From contig JALCHN010000005.1 of assembly GCA_022644775.1 (NCBI GenBank), positions 5,920-69,919 on the forward strand: DNA of 64,000 nt, given 5' to 3'. The translations under genes were made by a program, and so were the position numbers. Under the pieces are notes generated by a model. It did not search any database and was not told the DNA's origin. It saw nothing but the letters and a program-made list of their open reading frames with translations. The stretch is from Eggerthellaceae bacterium (GTDB lineage Bacteria > Actinomycetota > Coriobacteriia > Coriobacteriales > Eggerthellaceae). Positions 1-7,414 of the stretch are shown piece by piece (positions within the stretch are counted from its first letter, which is position 1; every line of letters begins with the position of its first letter).

Positions 1-298
1 CGAACGTGATGCCGGCGATCATGAGGAAGCCGTTCACGTCGGTTTCCATCACGAAGTCGAGGATGCTGCGCCCGTAGGTCTTCGCCTGCACGAAGACCAC
101 GGCGAGGGCGGCCATGAAGCCCACGAACAGGGCGATGCCGCCGCAGCGCGGCACGGGCATGTTGTTGATGCGCCGGTTGCTGGGATAATCGATGGCCCCG
201 ATCTTCATCGCGATACGGCGGGAGACGGGAACCATCGCGTAGGTCACCACAAGCGACACGAGGAAGGCGAGGCTCGTCTGTGCAAGCAGGCTGTTCAT
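1..298 (-). CDS. polyprenyl-phosphate HexNAc-1-phosphate transferase (MraY/WecA/TagO family), N-terminal fragment running off the window
   Basis: My own minus-strand translation from the ATG at 298 gives MNSLLAQTSLAFLVSLVVTYAMVPVSRRIAMKIGAIDYPSNRRINNMPVPRCGGIALFVGF. This matches the D-x-P-x-x-R...P-x-x-GG-I/L-A N-terminal signature of this transferase family. It is absent from the ORF track because there is no in-window stop. Confidence 0.55.
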   Translation of the reverse strand, partial: MNSLLAQTSLAFLVSLVVTYAMVPVSRRIAMKIGAIDYPSNRRINNMPVPRCGGIALFVGFMAALAVVFVQAKTYGRSILDFVMETDVNGFLMIAGITF

Positions 299-312
299 AG
301 AGAGGCGGCTAC

Positions 313-1605
313 CTAGGCGGCGTTGACGTAGACGGTGATCTGGCGAATGGTATTGGCCAGGTTGCCCGTTGCGTTAGCGGCGGTGTAGTCGTAGGACAGC
401 ACGGCCGACCAGGTGAAGTTGGCCCCGTTGGCCGAAGCCGACCCATCGAAGGAAGCGCGCTCGGACACGAGCGTGGTGCCGTCGCTTGCGTAGGTCTGGT
501 AAGCGTCCTTGTCGGTGGGCAGCTGGGCGGTGCCGTCGGCCACCGTGAGGCCGGCGTAGTCGAGGGTCTTTTCGACCACGTGCTCGTTTTCAACCGCGTC
601 CTTGAAGCTGAGCGAGCCGTAGCCCAGCTCGGCGGTGGACGCCGTGTAGCCCGCCTGCACCACGGTACCGTTGGCATCGAGGCCCAGGTAGACCGTCGGC
701 GTGTTGGAATGGGTGTCGGCCGGCTCTTCGGTGAGCATGACCGTCACGTTGGTGACGACCGGATTGCCTTCGATCGACTGGTTGTTGGTAAGGGTCACCG
801 TGGCGCCATGGGCGAGCTGGGTGACCGCCTGGTCCTGCGTGAGGCCGATCAGCGACACAAGAGCGGGCACGTCGGTCTGCTTGACGTTTTCGGTGCTCGC
901 ATCCTTGTTGGCGTCGTCGGTGGTGGCGACCTGGTCGGTCTGCGAGGTGGTTTCGTTGGTCTGCTGCACGGCCGTGGTCTGGCTCGTGACGTACATCTGG
1001 TAGCCGAAGTAGCCGATGGCGCCGGCGAGGGCCACGAGCACGATGATCGCGATGATGAGCACGCGGCGCATGCGGTGCGACCGCTTCACGCTTTCGGGAA
1101 GGCTGTCGAACTGATCCTTCTTCGACGGTTTGGCGTGGCCGCCGCGCGAGGACTCGCCCGCTTCGGAAGCGGCGTCGCCGTCGTCTTCTTCGGCGGGCTC
1201 CCCCGCCCCCACCACGGCAGGGCCTTCGGCCTTCATGCGTTCGGCGCGGCGGGCGGCCGCTTCGTCTTCGCGCAGGTCGGCGGCCGTTTTATGCACGCCG
1301 TGCATCTTCTCGCCGTAACGGTAGTAGTCGCGCTGGTCGTCATCGAGGATGCTGTCGGCATCGTCGAGGAACTCGTCGGCGTCGGCGTCGTAGTCGAAGG
1401 CGCCGTCTTCGTCGAAGGGCACGCCGGTGACTTCGTCGCGGTCTTCCTCGCGCAGCGGGGCGACGCCGCCTTCCGCATCGAAGGGGCGCGGCTTGGGAAA
1501 GTCGCCCGTGCCCTCTTCGGAGCGGGCGCCGGCCGAAGCAGCCTCGACACGCTTTTCGGGGTTGGGAGACGACGCGCCGGCCGTCTTTTTCTTTTCGTTA
1601 GCCAT
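313..1605 (-). CDS. hypothetical single-pass membrane protein
   Basis: The track ORF is 313..1614 with a TTG start; the ATG at 1605 (MANEKKK) is the more likely start. It has an acidic N-terminal half, one TM helix (VLIIAIIVLVALAGAIGYFGYQMY), a Thr/Gln-rich linker and a beta-rich extracytoplasmic C-domain. I recognise no family. Confidence 0.6.
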   Translation of the reverse strand: MANEKKKTAGASSPNPEKRVEAASAGARSEEGTGDFPKPRPFDAEGGVAPLREEDRDEVTGVPFDEDGAFDYDADADEFLDDADSILDDDQRDYYRYGEKMHGVHKTAADLREDEAAARRAERMKAEGPAVVGAGEPAEEDDGDAASEAGESSRGGHAKPSKKDQFDSLPESVKRSHRMRRVLIIAIIVLVALAGAIGYFGYQMYVTSQTTAVQQTNETTSQTDQVATTDDANKDASTENVKQTDVPALVSLIGLTQDQAVTQLAHGATVTLTNNQSIEGNPVVTNVTVMLTEEPADTHSNTPTVYLGLDANGTVVQAGYTASTAELGYGSLSFKDAVENEHVVEKTLDYAGLTVADGTAQLPTDKDAYQTYASDGTTLVSERASFDGSASANGANFTWSAVLSYDYTAANATGNLANTIRQITVYVNAA

Positions 1606-1631
1606 ACCGCACAAACCTTTCCGTACGGAGC

Positions 1632-2060
1632 TTACTGGAACATCGCGAGGTACACGACGCCCACCACGACCAAAACGATGGCGATGATGATGCGCTGCAT
1701 CGACAGGAAGGGGCCCTTTGCATGCAGGTCCTCTTCGGTGGTGACAAGGGCGTTCGCCTTTTCGCGGGCGCGCTTGCGGGCCATGTGCTCTTTCAGGGCG
1801 CGGGCCTCATCTTCGTTGGCGGGCGCGACGCCGCCCGGGAAGGCGGACGCGTCGGGTTGGGAAGGCGCCGCGTCTTCGGGAGCGGCGGCAGCAGGCGCGG
1901 GGTCTGCAGGAGCTTGGGGCTCGACGGGCTGAGTGCGGGCGACCGATGGCGCCTGCTTCGCCGGAGCGGCATGGCGAGCGCCCGCCTCGATCACGAGGTC
2001 GTCGTCTTCGTCGCTCACGGAAATATGCTTGAACCCTTGCTGGTCGGCCACGTGGCTCAC
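1632..2060 (-). CDS. hypothetical tail-anchored membrane protein
   Basis: 142-aa ORF co-directional with its neighbours. Acidic/Pro-Ala-rich N-terminus and one C-terminal TM helix (IIIAIVLVVVGVVYLAMF). Function unknown. Confidence 0.5.
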   Translation of the reverse strand: MSHVADQQGFKHISVSDEDDDLVIEAGARHAAPAKQAPSVARTQPVEPQAPADPAPAAAAPEDAAPSQPDASAFPGGVAPANEDEARALKEHMARKRAREKANALVTTEEDLHAKGPFLSMQRIIIAIVLVVVGVVYLAMFQ

Positions 2061-2193
2061 CTACTTTCTACCGAAGGCTCATTATAGAGCATCGGCCTGC
2101 ACTCCCCCTTTTGCACAGCAAACCTTCAACGGCGAGGCCGATGAGCCAATGGAGCCTGGCTCCATAGACCTACATCGAATGCGCTTCGCCAAT

Positions 2194-3945
2194 TCATTTC
2201 AGGCGGCGCTGCGCTCCCACGGAACTGAAGAGCAGGCCCAAGGCCACGGGAGCCGTGTAGATGAGCGGCAGCGCGTAGCGCGAATGGAAGATCGGGCAGA
2301 TCAGGCAGAAGCCGAGCGCGACCAAAAGCGCAACCGAAAGGAAGGGCAGTCCGCTGCGGTTGCGAGCCCCATAGCAGAGCAACAGCAGCGGGATCCAGGT
2401 GGCGTAGGGCCCCACGCGGAAGAATATCGCGAGCCCGGGCGCGTTCACCACGGTGCGATAGAACGCGAGCAGAGGTTCGCGCAGGCCGTCGAGCTCGGCC
2501 GGCTGGTAGACCAGGTCGGCCACCGTTTCATCGATGTCGCCCGTCTGGCCGTGCACGCCCAAAACCCCGCTCGCATTCAGGTAGGGCGCGCAGATCGACA
2601 GGGTCGCCTCCGCGTAGGTTTCGGGATGGCGGGCGCCTTCCACTGCCCATACGCGCAGGTAGTTGGCTAAATCGCCCGTGGTAACGGTGTCGTAGCGGTA
2701 CCAGAACTTTACCGGGTCTGCGTCGTTGTACTCGTAGCGGGCCGCCAGGTCGTCGAAGCCCAGAACCGCGTCGATCGCCTGCCGCTCGTCGTTTGTCACC
2801 TCGTCGGAATGGTCGACCACGTAACGGGCCGTCTGCTGGAACATGAAGCCCACCGCCTCCTGCAGCTGGCCGGGCACCACGTGGGCAAGCGGGAAGACGA
2901 CGAAGGGAAAGAGCAGCCAGATCACGACCCCGCCTGCGAGCGCCTGGGCAGCGAAGGCCTTCCAGCACCGCCGGTAGACGATCGCTCCAATCACGGCGGA
3001 CACGAGCACCGAATAGACGCCCGTCTTCTTCGTGAGGGCCAGAAGCACGCCCACCACGATGAACCACACGAGCAGGCGTCGTGCCCGCCCCGGCCGGCGC
3101 CAGCCCTCGAAGACGGCCCCGCGCGTGCGCACGATTTCGGCCAGGAACAGGAAGTAGACCACGAAGATAAAGGAGTAGAGCGAGTCCTTCAGCATCGTCA
3201 TGCCGTAAATGGGATAGAAGGGCATCAGACAGAAGAAGAGGAAAACGCCCAGGCAGAGCGGCAGGGGCTCGCCTGCCCGACGCAGATAGGCCACCGCCGC
3301 CGAAAAGGCGGCCGTGGTCAGGCAGCACTGCACGAGCACGAAGGCGTAGACGCCCACGTTCCACGAGCCCGTCCAGTCGAAGGCGTGCACGAAGGCACCG
3401 AAGACGAGCGTGTCGAAGAAGGGATGGTGGTCGGAAAACCAGGCGTCGGTCGTGCTGTGGGTGGGAATCCAGGGGACGATGTAGACGTCGTACTGGCCGA
3501 TGTAGCTCTGCTTGATCTGCGAGACCGTGTCGATGTTCATCGAGCCCGGGTAGAGGGCGACCATCCACACGCCCCAGAAGGCGAGCATGATAGCCGCGAA
3601 GAGCACGATGTCGTGCACGTTGAAGCGGGGCACGAGTATGGAAAGCCGGCTGTTCTTCCTAGGCGCGTAGCCGGGCGTTGCAAGGCCCGCAGGCACGCCG
3701 CGCTCCCCTGCCGAGACACGACCCGAAGGTCCACCGTCTTCCCTCGCCGAGGCGGCGTCGCTGCAGCCGTTCTCCCCCGCCGGCCGGCGCCGGGCCTGGA
3801 AGGCGGCGATGCCCTCGCAGGCGGCGAAGAGGGCCAGGCCGGCGACGAGCGTATAGGCCACGAAGCGGCCGCACGAAGCGTTAGGATCGACAAGGTAGCC
3901 GTTGCCGCTCAAGTCGACGCCGAAGGAGAAGGCGGCGCCCAGCAC
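2194..3945 (-). CDS. polytopic integral membrane protein of unknown function (GT-C-like or DUF6020-like architecture)
   Basis: 583-aa ORF with many hydrophobic helices throughout (for example LFAAIMLAFWGVWMVALY, FLFFCLMPFYPIYGM, VVIWLLFPFVVFPLAHV). The family assignment is tentative. Confidence 0.6.
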   Translation of the reverse strand: MLGAAFSFGVDLSGNGYLVDPNASCGRFVAYTLVAGLALFAACEGIAAFQARRRPAGENGCSDAASAREDGGPSGRVSAGERGVPAGLATPGYAPRKNSRLSILVPRFNVHDIVLFAAIMLAFWGVWMVALYPGSMNIDTVSQIKQSYIGQYDVYIVPWIPTHSTTDAWFSDHHPFFDTLVFGAFVHAFDWTGSWNVGVYAFVLVQCCLTTAAFSAAVAYLRRAGEPLPLCLGVFLFFCLMPFYPIYGMTMLKDSLYSFIFVVYFLFLAEIVRTRGAVFEGWRRPGRARRLLVWFIVVGVLLALTKKTGVYSVLVSAVIGAIVYRRCWKAFAAQALAGGVVIWLLFPFVVFPLAHVVPGQLQEAVGFMFQQTARYVVDHSDEVTNDERQAIDAVLGFDDLAARYEYNDADPVKFWYRYDTVTTGDLANYLRVWAVEGARHPETYAEATLSICAPYLNASGVLGVHGQTGDIDETVADLVYQPAELDGLREPLLAFYRTVVNAPGLAIFFRVGPYATWIPLLLLCYGARNRSGLPFLSVALLVALGFCLICPIFHSRYALPLIYTAPVALGLLFSSVGAQRRLK

Positions 3946-4059
3946 GAGCGCGCTCGCTATGAGCGCGAGCGCATAGAGGACCCGCGACTGGCACGGAAGC
4001 GTGCGCTGCGCCGAAGCGCTCGAAACGACGGTGTGAAGCGGGCGGCCTATAGCTGTCTC

Positions 4060-5712
4060 CTAAAGGCCCGAGCGGTCGTAGGCTTCAGAGGCGCGAGGGA
4101 GCGCTTGGGGAGCGCCCTGCGAGCCGAAGCCGCGCAGGGCGCGACGGACGCGCACAACAGCGCCGAAGACCGCCGGTTCGAGCTTGCGCATCCAGGCCGG
4201 GTTGAGCCACACGAGCGCCGCCAGCGCCGCCGCCGCCGCAGCCGCGACGAGCATGCCGACGATAACCTGGAGCACAGGGGCGGCCTGCTGCGCGTCGGCA
4301 CCCGCACCGGCGATCGCCGCGGCGGCCGTACCGTCGAGCGGCAGCATGGCGGAGAGGGGCACGAGCCCGTTTTCGTCGAAGAGGCCCGACGCCGTGTGGA
4401 AGGGCGAAGCGGCCGCATCGGCGACGGCCGCATCCTGAGCCGCGTCGGACACGGCGACGGGATTGTCGTACTGGGTGAGGTTGTAGGCGTTGATGAGGTC
4501 CTGCAGCTGAGCCGAATAGGTGGTCGAGGTGGCGTAGCGACCCTGCAGGTAGTTGCAGGCGTCCACATAGGACGTGCAGTTGCTCTTATGCGCCGGAGCG
4601 TAGAGCTTCGAGCCCACCAGTTCGGCGTAATCGAGCAGCGAATCGCGCGCCGTGGGATAGGCGCGGAAGGTCGCCGTGATCGTATAGGAATTGCCCGTGC
4701 CGTCGTCTTCCTTGGTGGGAAGGGACACGCTCATGCCCTGATAGGTGCCCTTGAGGCCGAAAAGGTTGTTGTAATTGGCGGAAAGGCCCGAAGAGCCCGA
4801 CCCGCTTTCGAGCACGGCCTGGGCGATCATGACCGACGCGTAGAGGTCGTGATCCTGGGCGATCACCTGGGCGTCGTCTTTGATCGAGTCGATGAAGGCC
4901 TGCGTGGTCTGGTTGGGTTTGATGCTGCCCATGATGTATTCCGCACCGCCCGTAGTCATGGGCTCAGCCTGGGCTTCGGTCGCATCCTGAGCCGGGGCGG
5001 CGTCAGTCGCAGCGGAATCGGTCGCAGGGGCGGCCGCGGGAGCGGCGGCAGACGACGACTCGCTCGCAGCGGGGGCGGCAGGCGCCGTCGCGCTCGAAGC
5101 GACGCTCGACGACGAGCTCGACGTCGATGAAGAGGACGACGACGAAGACGAGCTCGACGACGAGGACGAGTTGGCGGCATCCGATTGGAGCTTGGCGATC
5201 TTGGTGTGCTCGGTCGCCAGTTCCTTGGCCAGGCTCTGTTCATAGGCCGACCCGCTCGCGCAGAAGCTGGTGAGCCAGGCGGTGTCGATCTTCATGAAGG
5301 ATTCGGTGGCCACGGCGCGACCGGCCAGATAGTCGGTAAGGGCCTTGGTCGCCGCCGCATCGGCGCCGAACTTTTCGGCATAGGCCTGTTTGACGGCGGT
5401 GATGTCGGCCGCCTGAGCTTTGTCGGCCTTTGCGTACGTTTCGTTCTGCACCGTTGCGGGCACGCTCGCCGCCGCATCGGCGAGAGCAAGCTGTGGAGCC
5501 GTCGCCTGAACGACGACAAGCAGAAACGCGAGCATGCAGGCCAATAGCACCGACAACGCGCGATGCGCATGCGTCGAAAGCGCTCCCCCAGCGCCTGCGC
5601 ATGCCCTCTGCGAAGCGAGCGAGTGCGCCCGCTTCGATGTAGCTGAAAAGGAAACCCCCATTGGTAACGAACCCTTGCGAATCAGAAGCCGATAGTGTAT
5701 ACGACTCTCCAC
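4060..5712 (-). CDS. secreted peptidoglycan hydrolase, mannosyl-glycoprotein endo-beta-N-acetylglucosaminidase (LytD/FlgJ-type) domain
   Basis: Contains the glucosaminidase motif MIAQAVLESGSGSSGLSANYNNLFGLKG. It has an N-terminal signal/TM segment and a long poly-Ser/Ala-Pro linker. The start is uncertain; an alternative is the ATG at 5661 (MGVSFS). Confidence 0.8.
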   Translation of the reverse strand: MESRIHYRLLIRKGSLPMGVSFSATSKRAHSLASQRACAGAGGALSTHAHRALSVLLACMLAFLLVVVQATAPQLALADAAASVPATVQNETYAKADKAQAADITAVKQAYAEKFGADAAATKALTDYLAGRAVATESFMKIDTAWLTSFCASGSAYEQSLAKELATEHTKIAKLQSDAANSSSSSSSSSSSSSSSTSSSSSSVASSATAPAAPAASESSSAAAPAAAPATDSAATDAAPAQDATEAQAEPMTTGGAEYIMGSIKPNQTTQAFIDSIKDDAQVIAQDHDLYASVMIAQAVLESGSGSSGLSANYNNLFGLKGTYQGMSVSLPTKEDDGTGNSYTITATFRAYPTARDSLLDYAELVGSKLYAPAHKSNCTSYVDACNYLQGRYATSTTYSAQLQDLINAYNLTQYDNPVAVSDAAQDAAVADAAASPFHTASGLFDENGLVPLSAMLPLDGTAAAAIAGAGADAQQAAPVLQVIVGMLVAAAAAAALAALVWLNPAWMRKLEPAVFGAVVRVRRALRGFGSQGAPQALPRASEAYDRSGL

Positions 5713-5933
5713 TTTAACGCCAAACCTCGTCCCCTGTCAGGCCTCCTGCCGCACCTTCACAGCTTCTTTTCAATAGAGAATAGACTGCGCCGAGTGAGTC
5801 AAAGGGGTCACATCTCTTTGACTCACTATACGCGTCAAGGGCACGGTTCTCTTTGACGCAATCGAAGCACTCGGCAAGCCGATACGCGCATAGTTTAACC
5901 AAAGAGAACCGCCCTTTGACGTATGCGGCTGCA

Positions 5934-5970
5934 TAAAAAAAGCGCGCGCCCCTGGGATGAGGCGCGCGCG
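5934..5970 (-). terminator. rho-independent terminator closing the haem operon and tRNA-Glu
   Basis: On the minus strand, immediately after the tRNA CCA end, there is a GC stem (gcgcgcgcc / ggcgcgcgc around a short loop) followed by a run of 7-8 T. Confidence 0.8.
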
Positions 5971-5977
5971 TGGGTTC

Positions 5978-6053
5978 TGGTGTCCCCTGAAGAATTCGAA
6001 TCTCCGTTGCCGGGTTGAGCACCCGGTGTCCTTGGCCGCTAGACGAAGGGGGC
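5978..6053 (-). tRNA. tRNA-Glu (anticodon CUC) with non-canonical G33 and a C2-A71 acceptor mismatch
   Basis: Minus strand reads GCCCCCTTCGTCTAGCGGCCAAGGACACCGGGTGCTCAACCCGGCAACGGAGATTCGAATTCTTCAGGGGACACCA. It folds as a cloverleaf with a 3-bp Glu-type D stem (U11-A24, U13-G22), a 4-nt variable loop, a TTCGAAT T-loop and an encoded CCA. The anticodon stem is CCGGG/CCCGG and the loop is T-G-C-T-C-A-A. I cross-checked the bases against three overlapping ORF-track translations. Confidence 0.8.
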
Positions 6054-6115
6054 GAATTGCCGTCCGTTCGGGACAACGTGAGTACTGTACCCGAAACGGC
6101 CCCGCCGCGCCACAG

Positions 6116-7414
6116 CTAGGCGGAAATACGGGAAGAATCCCTAAGGCTTTCCTCCACCGCGGCGCAGAAGGCGTCGATCTCCTCGTAGGTATGCGCAGCC
6201 GAAAGGAAGAGGCACTCGAACTGGCTCGGCGCAATGAGGAAGCCGCGGTCGAGCATGCCGCCGAAGTAGGCGGCGAAGGCTTCGGTGTCGCAGGTGGCCG
6301 CATCTTCCCAGCACGTGACCGGGCGGTCGGTGAAGAAGATCGTGGCCAGGCTGCCCACTCGGTTGAGCTGAGCCGTGACGCCGGCGCGCTCGATCGCCAG
6401 GCGCATGCCCTCTTCCCAGTAGGCGCCCTTCTTCTCGAGATCGTCGTAGAAGCCGGGCTTTTCGAGCTCGCGCAGCTGTGCCAGGCCCGCTTCCATGGCC
6501 ACGGGGTTGCCCGAAAGCGTGCCCGCCTGGTAGACCGGGCCGTCGGGCGCCAGGGCATCCATGATGTCGGCGCGTCCGGCGAAGCAGCCCACGGGGAAGC
6601 CGCCGCCGATGATCTTGCCGAAGGTGCACAGATCGGGCGTGACGCCGTAGCGCTCCTGGGCGCCGCCCAAGGCCGCGCGGAAGCCGCTGATGACCTCGTC
6701 GAAGATGAGCAGGGCGCCGTATTCGGTGCACACGTCGCGCAGGCCCTGCAGGAAGCCGCGCGCCGGGGGCACGCAGCCCATGTTGCCCGCGATGGGCTCC
6801 ACGATGATTGCGGCGATGTTGTCGGGGCATTCCGCGAAGGCGGCGCGCACCGCGTCGAGGTCGTTGTAGGGCAGCACGATCGTGTCGGCCACCGCGCCCG
6901 CCGTGACGCCCGGGGTCCCCGGGATGCCGAAAGTGACCACGCCCGAGCCGGCCGCCACGAGCAGGGCGTCGGAATGGCCATGGTAGTTGCCTTCGAACTT
7001 GATGAACTTGTCGCGATGGGTGTAGCCGCGGGCCAGGCGGATCGCGCTCATCGTGGCCTCGGTGCCGCTCGAGACCATGCGGGCCTTTTCGGCAGCCGGC
7101 ACCAGGCGGCAGATCTCTTCTGCCATCGTGATCTCGGCCTCGCAGGGGGCGCCGTAGGACATGCCGCGGTCAAGCTGGGCACGCACGGCCGCCTCGACGA
7201 CGTCGGGGCAATGGCCCAAGATCATGGGGCCCCAGCTGCCGATGAAATCGACGTACTCGTTGCCGTCGACGTCCCATACGTGGCTGCCCTTGGCGTGGTC
7301 GTAGAACACCGGCGTCGCGTTGACGTTGGCGAACGCGCGCACGGGGCTGTTCACGCCTCCCGGGATGCAGGAGCGCGCTTCGGCGAAATCCTTGCTCGAT
7401 TGCGAACGGTCCAT
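6116..7414 (-). CDS. hemL: glutamate-1-semialdehyde 2,1-aminomutase
   Basis: 432 aa with full-length family features (GGVNSPVRAF, class III aminotransferase core). It abuts the upstream gene with 0 nt spacing. Confidence 0.95.
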   Translation of the reverse strand: MDRSQSSKDFAEARSCIPGGVNSPVRAFANVNATPVFYDHAKGSHVWDVDGNEYVDFIGSWGPMILGHCPDVVEAAVRAQLDRGMSYGAPCEAEITMAEEICRLVPAAEKARMVSSGTEATMSAIRLARGYTHRDKFIKFEGNYHGHSDALLVAAGSGVVTFGIPGTPGVTAGAVADTIVLPYNDLDAVRAAFAECPDNIAAIIVEPIAGNMGCVPPARGFLQGLRDVCTEYGALLIFDEVISGFRAALGGAQERYGVTPDLCTFGKIIGGGFPVGCFAGRADIMDALAPDGPVYQAGTLSGNPVAMEAGLAQLRELEKPGFYDDLEKKGAYWEEGMRLAIERAGVTAQLNRVGSLATIFFTDRPVTCWEDAATCDTEAFAAYFGGMLDRGFLIAPSQFECLFLSAAHTYEEIDAFCAAVEESLRDSSRISA

